The notes: generated by a model from the sequence alone, not told the origin. A stretch of DNA of 64,000 bases from Leucoraja erinacea (GCF_028641065.1 NC_073400.1:31868001-31932000); one strand, 5' to 3'. Numbered from the stretch's first letter, positions 11,601-25,740 are shown. Numbers and translations are program-made.

Positions 11601-13514
11601 AATAATGCGACAGATGCCACCATCTTTTTTTGGTTTTGAGAAAAATATTTGATACAAATTCTTGCGGCTCGTGTGTGGTCATTTCTATGATGCCTTTAGC
11701 CACGAGCCGATCAAGTTCAGCTTGTCCTTCTACCTTCCTCACGGCGCTGCCGAGGGAAGGAACACCCTTTGGGGCATGTGCTGGAACTGGCGGGTTCTAA
11801 CGCCTCTGGTGTTGAATTCAATCTTGTATCCACTAATACTGTTGAGTTATAAACACGTGATTGTTAGTAAGGGACGAGGAGCACAAACTGCTTGAAAGAA
11901 CCTCAAACGTCCCCCTGTTAAACTGACTACAAACACTACTTTGTCTGTGTAGGTTGACAGGAACCAGACCCACCTACCTCCATGTTCACGTTGTGGGGTC
12001 CTTTTATCGGTGGGGTCTGGCCAAGGTTTGTCCGTGTGTGTGGCTGCGTTGGGCCGGCGCTTCCATCTCCCACGGCTCCGCCCTGGGCCCGCGGCTCTAA
12101 AAAAAGAGCAGTGCGGGGGTAGTGGGGAGGCGGTCCCCAGGGCTTTCACCAGCTCGGTACTCTGCTGGTGGCTGCCTGAGGCGTTGCGCGGCCAACCTGG
12201 GTGTCTCTTCGCCCTTCTCGGTCCTGGCCCTGCCCCTCATGAGGCCTACTGGTTTGGCGGCCTCTTCCAACTCCTTGATCCTTTTGGCAGCAGATAAGCA
12301 CCAAATAGCAGCACGTGTCGTTCGTCGATGGCGCTGGCGCTAGGAGCTTTACAGAGGCCCGCTTGTGTTGGGTTGAGGGTTTCAGGCCTGATGTGTCCCG
12401 CCGTAGTTGGTTTAGCTAAGGTACGTGGACTGCTGCACATCAAGTGCGAGGGCATCTTGCCGGGGGTATGGTCCAAGGTCTTCATCCCCAACCTGGACCG
12501 AGCAAGGCGGTGACGGCTGCTGAGTTTAAGCTTCAGGACTCGCTGCATTTTCTGACCTCCTGAGCCCTTATGTGCTGCCCCCAGCTGGCTTCCAGATCTG
12601 CCCATTACCAGTCTTGACCCTCAGCGCCTCGCGAATTTTCGGGCGCGATGTAGTGTCCAAGGGCCTGCTGGACAGCCTTGTCCTGCATAGCAGCGGTCTG
12701 TTGGATCAGCCTGTTTATAGTTGCCGAGCCCATTACGATTCCTGGGTGGCAAACACCATCCCAGTTGTTGGTGCCACTACGAGTGCCCCCGCATATCGGC
12801 CCCCTTACACCTGCCAGTTAGCTTCTTCTTTTCTTCGGCACTCCCGGGCCTATGCTGACGATATCCTCCTCCGCCTGCCCTTGGGATAGGCCATGTCCCA
12901 GTCCTGGCCTCCCTTACTGCCTCGAATATATAGAGGGTTACAGAAGGGTGTGGGAGAGGAGGAGGCCCAAAGCCCGTCTTCCTGGGCGATGCAGCATCTC
13001 CTTCATTGATCATACGCTCGAGGAGCTTGCCCTCATGCAGCTTATCCGAACGTCTCCCCTCCCTTTTCGTGGGGGAGAGTGTCTTCCCGTTCCTCCGAAT
13101 CCGGAGGCGAGGACATCGGTCGAGTCGGTTTTTTCTGTGTCGCCTTCCTCCCTGTGGTCGGGGCGTTGAGATTTGCCGCACTGGGGGCGCTCGCTCGGTG
13201 TCGGTGAGACGGGAAGCGTTGATGAAAACGCTCCTCCGCTGCCGAGAGGGCTGCCGTCCCGCTATGTGACCCGTCCTCGGGTGGAGTAGGGCAGGCAGTC
13301 CTCCTGGCTGGTCGCTTGCCGAGAGGCCATTACGTCCTCTCTAGCGCGACTTCCTGAAACAAAAAAGGCACTATACCTGAGGTCTCGTCTTTATGCTGCA
13401 CTGGAGAGCCTGGCTCCAGCTGCTGCCGCTGTTGCACTGCTAACGTAATGCCGCGCCTGCGCGCTGGGTGGGTTCTTCACGTAGTTCACTCACGTGACTC
13501 TCCGACAGTAAAAT
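8670..13514 (-). mobile_element. Second DIRS copy of the same family, heavily indel-disrupted; 3' terminus missing
   Basis: Colinear with 30580-35102: fragments of YR (AGWSRESTFQRF), MT (YAFPPF), RT (GIDIKDAYYLVPIH) and gag, plus the 5' terminus (gggtgggttcttcacgtag) and half of the ICR at about 8680-8725. Confidence 0.9.
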
Positions 13515-16500
13515 AATCCGGCGGCTTATGACGATACTAACACAAATTTATGGGAACGAGAGAATTAACAATATTTATTTGGAAATTGAAAAGCAGAAAA
13601 AATCGCTGTCATGGATAAAAAACAGTCTACGGGAAAAAACTGTTTTGTGTGTTACAGCCCCACAGTTAATCAGACACCATGTTTTGGGTTTTGTAGGTGA
13701 CCAAATTAGAGGACATTGACAATAATTACTTGGAATTGAGGCATCGTTACTTAGCTTTAGTTTAGTTGGAGTGTCACATGTATTGTAGCCGGCGATTCTC
13801 ATGCAACATGGGTTTTTCTGCTAGGTGCTATCAGTCAGGATGGATGAAGATCCACTCGAACCGTCTACAGTGTACAAATGCAGCGGATAAGGGGGATATT
13901 TTGTCCCGCCTGCGACCTCAGCACAAGACAGGGTTGAGTTGTTCTTGCAGATATTAACAATAATTCTATTGACTTGACCAGTACAGGCGTGTGGGGGGGG
14001 GGTGGGGGGAGGGGAGATCAGTGCAGGATAGATGGGGGGGGGGTGCAGTACAGTATGGGATCGCAGGTCTGTGCAGGATGAAATGTGATTTCACTACGGA
14101 TGAATGAGGGAAGGTTCCAGTAAATGAGGTGGGTCCAGTACGGGATGAATGCGTGTATTATACAGATGGAGGGGATCAGTATATATGTGGAGGAGGTGCA
14201 GTATGATGGGAAGGTGTAAGTACGGGTTGATTGGGGCCAGTGGAGATGATGGATGGGGGCTATGGCGGCAGGAGGATTATTGTGTGGTGGATAGGAGTGG
14301 ATCGCACATGATGAATAGATGGGGGGGGGTTAACACATCCTACACACATAGGGTGGGGTTTAGAATGGTCGGGAGCACATTGGAATAATCAGTGTCGACT
14401 GAATAGGGCGGGAATGGGGATCAGTGCGGGATATAGAGGAGGGTTCCCAGGCATACAGGGGGGGGGGGGGTGGTGAAGGGGCTTAAAAAAAAAAGGAAAA
14501 AAAAATCGAACCCGAGAGAGACGGGGGTCGAGTGGGGAGGAAGGATTAGCTGTTCACCGCTCCTCCTCGGACCGTATCGCCCGCCTGCCTCAGGTATGTT
14601 GGGAATTCCTCGCCACTCGCCTCCCTCTCTCCGCCAGCAATGGGCCAGCGGCTCTCAAAGATCCTATGCTATAGTATCTTTGGTGCAGCGTATGCTTTCA
14701 AAGTGTCGAGAGGGTGAATGACGGTCATATTTACGGTGGCGAAAGTCGGCTCCGGAGCTCCTCCTCCTCCCTGATAGCTTCGCTGGCTTGCCAACCCGTA
14801 ACGGCGATAAACCGTGAGCAGCGCAGGAAACAACCCTCCCCACACCCGATCCCGGCGAGCGGTGCGGGCGAGGCCTCATCGCGTTAAAACGCAGCGTTAT
14901 CGGATTTGCACGGAGGCCCGTATCAGGGAGGAGGATGATATGGAGCGCACTGTTCGTGGCCTGTCCATTTGTCCGGACGGAATTTGTCCACCCGCACCTA
15001 GTATTTTTCTCACTCAATAGCAGTCGTCCCGACGATACAAAACGTTCGCGTCCTTTTCCCCCCTCTTCCGTTTTCTCCATAGATGCTGCTGCCTAACCCT
15101 CGGGAGTTTCTTTCCTTCTTGTTTCTTCTTCTCCAGTTTTTTGTGTCTATCTTCGGTACAAAAACCCCCCCAGTCGATCATGGGGTTGCCAAGCCGGGCC
15201 AAATGCTCGGTGTTTAGCTGCCCAGCCGGCCTACTTTTAGTGGTCACAATATGGCCCCGAGTGACACACCGCTAATTCGAGCCCTGCTTCGAGAGATAAT
15301 TGCGGTAAATCTTTTCCATCTCATAGCAATATGACACACGGAAACGAATTTATGAAATCTACATTTAACATGTGATATAGGTCTATATGATTCCTTCCGA
15401 GGGCCTTTATCTTTTTTAAGATACTAAAGAAATAGCAATGACTTCATAAAAGATTGTGGTAAATCGTATGTCCTGGTAAAAGGCTTCTTAAATCTCACAT
15501 AGCCACGGAGACAATAAATTAGAAAATACTTTAAAATTCTACTGTAAACCTCTAAACGCAATGGTAAATTTGATGTAAGTTCAGTTTCTTAAAACTCACA
15601 TGCATTAATCGGAATCAGTATTAAAATCTGATTGTATAAAGGCCAGTATATGAAAATTCCTGAAAGGATTTAGTAATTCGCATGTCTACAGTTAGTGTAC
15701 CAGCCCGTTTACTCACTTTAGTATCTGATGTTTGGCCGACGGGCTTGGCTTTCAATTCGATTAGCAGTAATTTACCAATTGTTCCGCGCATGTATATACA
15801 ATTGACTTTTGAGTTTAAGTAACTGGTTTCGTCAATCGTGATACTAATAACAAATCATATTCTCAAATCGGTGTTCAACTCTATTCAACCAAGTTCCACT
15901 CTGCATTCTCAACAGGCAGGCGCGAGGAGCTTTTGTCAGGACTAGAGGGCATGAGGGCAGGGACGATGTTTATGGTCTGATCCCTGTCCGCAGCGACAAG
16001 GTGCGGCATGATTGGCCCTCACCTCACTGCCGTCTTCGCTAGATTTCTAGCTGAGCTTGCATTTGTAAAAATGGTGGTTTGTTTTGCAGGTGACTCCAAG
16101 TTACTGCTTCTGCATCAAGATTAAAGTGCTTTCCTTATGATTCTCAGCACTTCATCAAAGCACCAATAAACATTGTCCTTGTGAAATCTTTTCACCACTC
16201 ACGTGCTTCTAACAGAATGATTCTTGTAGTTGGTCTGTGCGACCAGAATAGCACACACGCACTGACACAGACACACACCCACTCACCCCACCACTGACAC
16301 ACAACACACCCACCACACACACTCCTGAAACAGCAACACACACACACTGCCACACAACACTCACGCCACAACACACAGCAACGACACACACTCTACTCCG
16401 CCACACACACTACACCACGACACACGTTGTTGTTTTTGTTGTTTGTGACACACTAACACACACACACTGACCACTACCTCACAGCACACAACACCACACA

Positions 16501-19500
16501 CAACACACTCCGCACTTTTACACACACACACTCCTACACACACCACACACACACTGACCCACAACACACACTCACGCACACACAACCCACAACATCATTC
16601 ACCACAACACACACACACAACCCCACCCCCCTTCCGCTCTTCCCACACATTCGCTACAAACCACTACAATAATTCTTTTTCACCTCTCCTAAGTGTATTC
16701 CCCCACCCCATTGTCTACGCCCCTCCTTTTCTCTTCCACCACCCTTCCCCCCCCCTTTTTCCCGACAACTTCCTCCAATGCTCCCCACCCTTCCCTTCTT
16801 TCCTACCCCCCCTTTTTATCCCCCCACTTTCTCATATACCCCCCACCTTTCCCTCTTTCCTCACTCTCTGTTTCATTTTTCCCCTTCTTATCCTTTCCTT
16901 CTCACTTTCTCACCTTTCCTTTCTTTCTCCATTCCTATCCCTTCCGTGTTTCTACTTTTCTTGTTTTCCTCTTTTCTCCTATTTTTTTTTATCTCTTTTT
17001 TTCTTTCTCTTTTCGCTCTTCTTTTTGTTTTTCATTCCTTTTTCCCGTTCTTGTTCTACCCTCTTTTTTTTTCTCTTTCCCGCACCTGTTTCCCCTTTAT
17101 TTCCTTTTTTTTTTTTTTTTCTCTTTCTTCTTTTCTTTTAGCGCTCTGTGTGCCCTCTCTATCTATAGCGTGTTTTGTGTGTCCCTGCTTTGTTTTTTTG
17201 TTTGGTTTTTTCGCCCCTCCTCTCTCCCCCACCGATTGTACCCCCACTCCACTGCACCAACCACATCGACATGTCTTCTTTCAAAACCCCCTCCCGTGTT
17301 TCTGCTTTCTGATGACTTCTCAAACTCCCCCAACCACCCACAAACCCCAATCCACAGGTGTTTCCTCCCAATTCTTAGTGTCCCAGCCAGTATAACGTAC
17401 CATTCACACGATTACCTCCCTTTTTTTTAGAGAGAGTTGAATATGAGACAACGCTGAGTGCTACTTATGACTTGCTAAAACAACACTTTTCTTTGTGTCT
17501 GTCAACAAGAAAAAATACAGACAAGGGATAGTGAGGTTAGACGTTGGACAAGTGTTTGTTTGAAGTTTGAAAGAGAGTTGACTTGTTAGTAGGTGTGACA
17601 ACTGTAAGTGGAGACACAACCACCAAACCCACCAAAAACAAACACAAACACCACAAAAACACCACAAAAAAAACATCACAAACCAAAATGTGAAAAATGC
17701 GTGGAGCTGCTTACAACAATGGAGTGTAGTGCTGCTGTTCGTCTGAGCTTCGAGAATTGTGTTGAGAGAAGTTTGTAGTCGGAGCAGTGATTAGTGTTGT
17801 GTGTGAGAATCGATGTAGATGTGTGAAAACCAAGAAGAAGAACATAAGAATTTAAGAAGAAATAGATGGTATAATGTTCGTACAAAACACAACAAAATCA
17901 TCATTGAAAAATGGTCGAAATAACTATCTATAGATAATAAATGAATAAGAGAGATCACAGTCTGAGGTAGGGGAAGCTTCAGACAGAGTACATAGATGGT
18001 ACACAAAAAAAAAAACTAAAAAAAAAAAACAACACACAACAACAACTACGACCAAAAACGAGGTCTATTACAAGCAGAGAGCACCAGATCACAACAAGAA
18101 AAAGTCGAGCTTGGATATCACAACAAACAATATAACCGGGCATTACCATACACCGTTTTGCTCTAGATGCCGGGGTTTTTTGTTTGACAAGAGAACGTAG
18201 ATATTGTTGATTCTATGGTGATGTTGTGTACCCGTTTTGCAGGGAGGCAGCGTCCGGGGAGCCCAAACACAAAAATGAGAATCAAGAAACACACCACAAC
18301 AAAATCCAAAAAGATAAAACAGATTGTGGAGCTTGATCAAAAAGATCTAGTGGGGTGGTACGATTGTTGTGGATGGTTCATGACACCTATGTTGTTTAGA
18401 AAATAGCTGTGTAGCACTGTGACAAGAAATGTGTGTGGCATGGTTGGCACAAGTGCGGCAGTGTGACACAAGTGTGAATGCAGCACTCTGCCGCCTGTTC
18501 TTTGGCGGGGGGATGAGCCCCCGTGCCGTCTTGCCCAGCGACTTCAACAAAAAACAAATCCTCACGTACCTAAGACATCACATATCTCCTTCTTCCAACC
18601 ACTCATAAAGATGCTTCATACCCCGGCCAAACAACCAACAAAAAAACACCCCCCATCAGCCACACCCCAATGAAACCAAAACAACGGCGTGACAAAATGA
18701 ATCTAAAGAACAAAAGAAAACCAAGGACTAAGAAAGACTTCTTATTGAATCTCACGCCGAGGACCGATTCTCAACAGACCCAAATGAAAAAACACACTAA
18801 AACCACAACACAGGTACTGCTTGAGCCTGGCAAGCAAAAAAAGACTTCCCGGGTAATATCCCTCTTTGTGCCTCATGTCCCCGCTGGGGTGGTGTGGACT
18901 GGGAGCTGGTCCGCCTGGCATTTTGTTTCTTTCATGCGGATCCCGATGCTTCGTGTCCGTGTCTTTTGTGCTTCGCCCTCCCCTGGGGCTGCCTTTCCAC
19001 GGGTTCTTTCCCTTTCCCCTTTTCTCTGTCTCCTCTCTGCTTGCCGCGCCGCACCCTTTGGCGCACATGACACAAACAAAATTTCTTCTCAATTCTCCTA
19101 GGTTTTGTCATCCATTTTCCTAGAGAGAACCCAAACTAAGTCATACCATTCTAGAATCACGCTCACATAAGAAATCCAACCCCTGTGATTTACACTTCCC
19201 CAATAACATATAATGGAGAAAGGCTACCACTGTTCGCTTTGGCTAGCATCAGCGGATTTTCAAGCTTCTACGTTCTCGTCGCCCGGTTGTGTGGGCCCCT
19301 TTTTCCATCGGTCGGGCCCGCTCTACACACCCCCCAAGGCGGGCTGCCGCGACTTCCGAGGCCGTCATATGCTTTTCTTTCCCTGCGGGGGCCCTTCATT
19401 CCGAGGTTTGTCGCCTTAGTGTCTTCTATCAAACAAAAAAGATGAAGGATATGTTTGCGTCTTATTCTTTTCTTACTTCCCCTCCTGTCCCCATACCATT

Positions 19501-19900
19501 CGAGGGAGGGAGCCTTTTGCTAACCTTAGTCACATAATTGGTGCAATTCTCTAAAGAATAATTTAGAATTATAGCACATCCCCATAGACGGACTCATCAA
19601 TCTGACACTCTTTTCGAGTGTCCACCAGTATAGGCTTTGAGCTTATTTTTCTTTACATTACATTGAACCCCAACTCAAGAGAGAAACAACACTATGCTCA
19701 GCTAGCAATGGTGTCACTGACCCCCCCCGAGTCTAGGAGCTCGCGGGGTGCTAGTAGGTACTCGTCGGCATCAAGTATGGTGGACCGAGGAAATCAGAGC
19801 CGGTTTTTAGCTGACTGAGAGAAATTTCAAGAGTAAAAAGATCGTGATTAGGTCGTGAAAGTGGGAATGGCCCCTAACTCGCGGCACAGAGGCCGCATGT
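13515..19900. other. Low-quality, low-complexity assembly segment
   Basis: Degenerate CA-, CT- and A-rich tracts and garbled versions of repeats that are clean elsewhere; no interpretable ORFs. Confidence 0.7.
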
Positions 19901-20669
19901 GGAGAGAAGGAATGGGCGACGCTTCCCAGTCAAAGATATTCTTCAGACCTGAAGACTCTAGAATCTTCTCTAGGTAGATAAAAATGCTGGAGAACTCAGC
20001 GGGCGAGGCCAGCATCTATGGAGCGAAGGAATAGGTGACGTTTTCGGTCGAGACCCGGAAGGTTCCTCGACCCGAAACGTCACCTATTCCTTCGCTCCAT
20101 AGATGCTGCCTCGCCCGCTGAGTTTCCAGACGGGTCTCGACCCCGAAACGTCACACTATTCCTTCGCTCCATAGATGCTGCCAGAAACTCGCCCGCTGAG
20201 TTTCCAGAAGGGTCTCGAGACCCACGAAACGTCACCTATTCCTTCGCTCCATAGATGCTGCTCCTCAAACCCGCTGAGTTTCCAGAAGGGTCTCGACCCG
20301 AAACGCCACCCATTCCTTCCCTCCAGAGATGCTGCCTGTCCCACTGAGCTAACTCCAGTATTTTGTGTTCAATCTTTGATGTGACACTAGTTTTTTTTCA
20401 TCGGCCTGTATTGCGCGCTATGGAAGAGACCCTTCACATGCCGCTTGCATTTATTCATCCAAGTGTTGGTCTTAATGATAGCTCACATCTTCGCGAGGGA
20501 GGGATGGAATGCATGTAACCACCGGCTAAAGCAAAGGCATGTTAGGTCAGGGAAATAATCCCACCACTTAAATAAACCAGGTTCCCAACTGTAAGTACTA
20601 TTTACACCCACGTAACAATTTGTTTTTAAATCAATGTAACTCTTGTTTGATTTTCCAATGCCGAGTTCA

Positions 20670-21140
20670 GATTCAGATCAGATTCAATTTAATTGTCATT
20701 GTCATTGTCACTGTACAGTACAGAGACGACGAAATGCATTTAGCATCTCCCCTGAAGAGCGACATAGCAAACGTTTTGAATAAATAATAATAAGTGTCGG
20801 GGGGGGGGGGGGGGTGGTGTGGTGATTGGCAGTCACCGAGGTACGTTGTTGAGTAGAGTGACAGCCGCCGGAAGAAGCTGTTCCTCGACCTCTGGTTCGG
20901 CAACGGAGAGACCCTTAGCGCCTCCCCGGTGGTAGGAGGGGAAACAGTCCATGGTTGGGGTGAGAGCAGTCCTTGGCGATGCTGAGCGCCCTCCGCAGAC
21001 AGCGCTTGCTTTGGACAGACTCAATGGAGGGAGAGCGTGGAACCGGTGATGCGTTGGGCAATTTTTCACCACCCTCTGCAATGCCTTCCGGTCGGAGACA
21101 GAGCAGTTGCCATACCATACTGTGATGCAGTTGGTAAGGA
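20670..21140 (-). mobile_element. Rex1/Babar-like LINE 3' end
   Basis: LQRVVK...RCLRRALSIAKDCSHPNHGLFPLLPPGRR...NSFF with a (TCTGAA)n-like tail. Related fragments at about 1950-2180 (+), 40860-41260, 47760-48160 and 63180-63480 (-). Confidence 0.75.
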
Positions 21141-21789
21141 TTTTGTGTCGATCAGTTTAAAACTCTGTCCTGTGGAAGGGCTTGCGGCAGCTGGTTTAAA
21201 AAATCGTGCCTTCGTTGTTGGTAGATGCTGCCCTTTCACATGAACCGCTGTCAGTGCTAGTTTTCTCAACTTCCATAGCCGCTCTGCATAGGTGTAGTCA
21301 GACGTGATGGACGGGGTGGTCTGGATCGATCGCTGACAAGTCCTGCCCCCTTTCCCCCGGCAACATCATATCTGTTATGTGGCTTTTCAGCTGAGCAGCC
21401 ATTCGGGTTAGTTGGCTTGTAGGCGACCCACCCTTTCAGTTAGTTGGCGTTTCCACTTCTTTGCTTCGGCTTCTCGTCCTTCCACGCCACGCCCGCACTA
21501 AGCAAAAGAAAACTGAACTAAACCAATTTAAAGGCAACTCCATGACACTTAATCCGGCGATGTATGTTGCCTGTAGTGAGCAAGATTTTTCGCCAAAAGT
21601 TCACACCCCAGCTCAATGCTGGCGTACAAAGAATCACTCACACACCGGCTGACTTCAGGAGAGTTTATTTTCCATTAAACGTACATTTACCGGAGCAAAC
21701 AGGGTCAGTTCTCCTCACGGCATGCGATCACCACGCTCACACCTTCCCACGCTGCTCATCCTTATACCTTTACTATTCCCTACTTTGTG

Positions 21790-23020
21790 TCATAGAGTCT
21801 TACAGACAAAGCCCCCCATTCCCCATACCATGTGCTCTAATTTTGCCCACTAATCTCCTATGTGGGACCTTACCAAATGCTTTCTGAAAGTCCAGGTACA
21901 CTACATCCACTCTGGCTCTCGCCTTGTCCATTTTCCTAGATACATCCCTCCAAAAATTCCAGAAGATTAGTGAAGCAGGATTTCCCTTCGTAATCCATGC
22001 TGACTTGGACCGATCCCGTTATTGCATATCCAAATGTGCCGCTATTTCATCTTTTATAATTGACTCCAGTATCTTCCCCCACCAGCGATGTCAGGCTAAC
22101 TGGTCTATAATTCGTGTTTAAGAGGGAACTGCAGATGCTGGAGAATCGAAGGTTACAGAAAAAAGCTGGATAAACTCAGCGGGTGCAGCGGCAGCTGTGG
22201 AGCGAAGGAAATAGGCAACGTTTCGGGCCGAAACCCTGAAGGAAATAGGCAACGTTTCGGGTCGAAACCCGGAAGGGTTTCGGCCCGAAACGTTGCCTAT
22301 TTCCTTCGCTTCATAGATGCTGCTGCACCCGCTGAGTTTTCTCCAGCTTTTTTGTGTAACCTGGTCTATAATTCCCTGTTTTCTCCAATCCTCCAATCCA
22401 CAGGAACTGATCCTGAATCTATAGAACACTGGAAAATTATCACCAATGTGTCCGCTATTTCTAGAGCCATTTCCATAATTACCCTGGGATGCAGACCATC
22501 AGGCCCTGGGGATTTATCAGCCTCCAGTCCCCATCAGTCTCTACCCAGCACCATTTGGCTGCCTAATGTGGATTTCCTTCAGTTCCTCCGTCCCCCCCAG
22601 ATCCTCTGGCCCACTAGTACATCTGGGAAATTGTTTGTGTTCTCCTTAGTGAAGTCGGATCCAAAGTAGCTGTTCATCTCGTCTGCCATTTCCTTGTTCC
22701 CCGTAATAAATTTGCCCTTTTTCGTCTTTAACGGTCCCATTTTGGTCTGAACTAATTTTTTCCACTTCACATATCTAAAGAAGCTTTTTACGATCCTCCT
22801 TTCTATTCTTGGCTATCTTACCTTCATACCTCATCTTTTCTCCCCCGTATTGCTTTTTTAGTTATCATCTGTTGCTCTTTAAAAGAGTTACCCCATCCCC
22901 TGGCTTTTCCGCTCATCTTTGCAACGTTATAACCTGTTCTCGTTTATTTTGATAGTGTCCCCTTGACTTCCCTTGTCAGCCACGGTCGCCCCTAACTCCC
23001 CTTGCAATCTTCCTTCCTCT
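21790..23020 (-). mobile_element. CR1-like LINE internal ORF2 fragment (with nested palindromic repeat)
   Basis: GPLKTKKGKFITGNKEMADEMNSYFGS plus the DFQKAF RT region near 21880-21900. Confidence 0.7.
22125..22362. repeat. Palindromic (fold-back) Penelope-derived repeat
   Basis: Arms gctggagaaactcagcgggtgcagcagcatctatggagcgaaggaaataggcaacgtttcg and its reverse complement. Similar elements at about 19980-20350, 45130-45330, 52190-52390 and 53505-53750. Confidence 0.75.
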
Positions 23021-23220
23021 TTCATCCCACACCCCAGAGACGTGCATGTTGTAGGTTAATTGGTCAGTGTAAATTGTATCTAGTGTGTGGGATAGAACTA
23101 GTATATGGGGTGATCACTGGTCCCCATTGACTCTGTGGGCCGAATGGCCTGTTTCCCTGAACTAAACTAAACTAAACTAAACTAGACTTTGCTATTGACT
23201 CTGGGACGGGCCCTGCTGAA

Positions 23221-23771
23221 TCAGTGGAAGCTTTCAAAGACTGACAGCCAGACCCATTCTTCACAAGTCCTATTATCTAGAGTGGACCAGACACAGGTAT
23301 ATAACCCTTCATCTTTCTGTTCTACGCCTGCCAGGATCAACGAGGCGTCATGTATCACATGGACATTATCATGCTTGAAACGCCAGCCGAACTGCGATCA
23401 AAACCCGCTTCGCTATGTCAGGAGGTTTAGCACCATACCTGGCAATCGTAACATTGTATTTTCTCCAAATGACATTCAAGAGTTGGTGGTATTCGCGGGA
23501 TACTTTACAGGGCAGCGTAATGATACTACCCAGAGCTGCATCGAGGATATCCTCGCTAAATGATGCACCGTAATCACTGTCAGAATCTGACTCGTTCGTG
23601 CATCTTGGAAGCTGTTTCATCGGTGACTTGTCGAGGCTCCCCGTGCGTTCCGCCCGGCCAAGTTTGCTTCCTCTCCCCCATTCTCTGGAGATCGGACCTG
23701 TTCCAGTGCGGTGACTTGCCACACACCATCTCCACAAGGACCATGAATCCTATCCATCTCTGCAGTCCCAT
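23221..23771 (-). pseudogene. V-set Ig gene copy A, most divergent; frameshifted in this assembly (pseudogene or sequencing errors)
   Basis: ATG at 23771 with the same leader. Piecewise translation: REPR-QVTDETAPRCTNESDSDSDYGASFSEDILDAALGSIITLPCKV...NVIWRKYNVTIARY...WRFKHDNVHVIHDASLILAGVEQKDEGLYTCVWSTLDNRTCEEWVWLSV. The lesions are small indels, many in homopolymer or dinucleotide runs. Confidence 0.75.
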
Positions 23772-24349
23772 GTTCCTGTGGGTGAACAATGGGTCACCTT
23801 ATTGCAACTCAGTAGGATTCATGATGACATTCCCTGAACCCCGCCCAGAGTTGGGGAATCGAGAACCAGAGGACATCGGTTAAGTGCGAGGGGGGGGGGA
23901 AGATTTCATGGAAAACTGAGGGGTGACTTTTTTACACAAAGGTGGAGGGTGTTTGGAACGAGCTGCCGGAAGAGGTAGTTTGAGGCAGGTACTATCACAA
24001 TGATTAAGAAACAGTTAGACAGGTACATTGATAGGACAGGATTAGAGGGGTAAGGGCCAAACGCAGGCAGGTGGGTCTAGTATTGATGGGACACGTTGGT
24101 GTGGGCGCGGGCAAGTTGGGCCGAAGGTCTCGCTGTGACTCTATGACTCCATCACTTGTCCCGCCCCGGTCATTCCTCCTTCTCCTGGTCCTGTCTAGCA
24201 AAGGTACAGAAGCTTGAAAGCGCGCACCACCAGACTCAGGAACAGCTTCTTCCCCTCTGCTATCAGGCTTTCTGAACTGGGGGAACAGTGAACAGAGACA
24301 ATCCCACCCCCATCACTCACAGACACTTGAAGGATCCACAGGGTTGGTT

Positions 24350-24700
24350 ACCAGCTCCGGAGTCCTCCACACAGGGTGACGGGGTCGGTCTTGTTCTCAT
24401 CTCCTGCCATCGCTCGCTCCTCCTTTTATACCGACTCCCGGCTTCTCCTGCCCCTCATTGTCTGCCCTCACGTACATTCAACCAATCACTGCCTCCCACG
24501 GAGCATTGGCCGGAGTCAGCCGCGACTCTCCACCCTCTGCCAAACGTGTCGTTTGCATCAGCCGTTAACGTTTAACAAGAACAACGTCATCCCAGCTGCC
24601 AGCGGCCAACCAGGCGCCCCACACATCCTGCTTGTGTCTCCACCACGTCTCGCTTTGGCCACCCATCGGACCAGATGTCCCCAGCCACGCCACGTCACCG
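24350..24700 (-). promoter_or_regulatory. Promoter and non-coding exon 1 of V gene copy A
   Basis: UPRE at 24690-24697, ERSE at 24482-24500, TATA at 24423-24430 and donor at 24351. Confidence 0.6.
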
Positions 24701-25319
24701 TACCACAGCCGACTTGGGCACCTGCGTCTGGTTTCCACAGTTTATACTCAATCTGAGCCGGCAGCTGGGATGGCGTTGGATCAATCCTTCCTTCCCAACA
24801 ACCATCAGGCTGTTGAACCACGACACGACACTGAGGTCAACGATGACGTCTATGGAATGTCCAAGGTTGCACTAATTCCCCTGTCCCACTTAGGAAACCT
24901 GAACGGAAACCTCTGGAGACTTAGCGCCCCACCCAAGTTTTTCCGTGCGGATCCCGGAGGTTTTTGTCTGTCTCCCTACCTGCTTCCACTACCCTGCAAC
25001 CTCCGGCAACCACCTGCAACCTCTGGGAACCTTCGGGACGAAACGTTGCCTATTTCCTTCGCTCCATAGATGCTGCTGCACCCGCTGAGTTTCTTCTCCA
25101 GCATTTTTGTGTACCTTTGATTTTCCAGTATCTGCAGTTTTCTACTTCAACATCAATAGAACAAGTTGTCCTACAACTTTAGGCTGTGCACGCCACACGA
25201 AAGAAGAAGTTGACATGTCTGTCCCGCCATCCCGGGTATTAACCTGGTGAACCTACGTTGCACTCCCTCAATAGCAAGTTATATGGACAGGTTGGATAAT
25301 CTTGGATTGGTTTCTCTAG

Positions 25320-25740
25320 AACTTCAGATGTTGAGCGGGAGACCTGACAGAAGGTAATAAAATTCTTAAGGGGTTGGACAGGCTAGATGCAGGAAGATTG
25401 TTCCCGATGTTGGGGAAGTCCAGGACAAGGGGGTCACAGTTTTAAGGATAAGGGGGGAAATCTTTTAGGACTGAGATGAGAAAAACATTTTTCACACAGA
25501 GCGTGGTGAATCTGTGGAATTCTCTGCCAGAGAAGATATTTGAGGCCAAATCATTGGCTATGTTTAAGAAGGTGTTAGATGTGGCCCTTGTGGCTAAAGG
25601 GATCAGGGGGTATGGAGAGAAGGCAGGTACTGGATACTGAGTTGGAATGATCAGCCATGATCTATTAAATGGACGGTGCAGGGCTCGAAGGGCCGAATGG
25701 CCTACTCCTGCACCTAATTTCTATGTTTCTATGTTTCTAT
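25320..25740 (+). mobile_element. CR1-like LINE 3' fragment within the duplicated unit
   Basis: Same CR1 tail. Paralogous copies on the - strand at about 39425-39850, 46340-46750 and 51400-51800, and split by the DIRS at 30100-30290/35103-35320. Confidence 0.8.

Noticed and set aside
16693-17430. 245-aa and 205-aa Phe/Ser/Pro-rich ORFs
   Set aside because: Artefacts of pyrimidine-rich low-complexity sequence in the low-quality zone.
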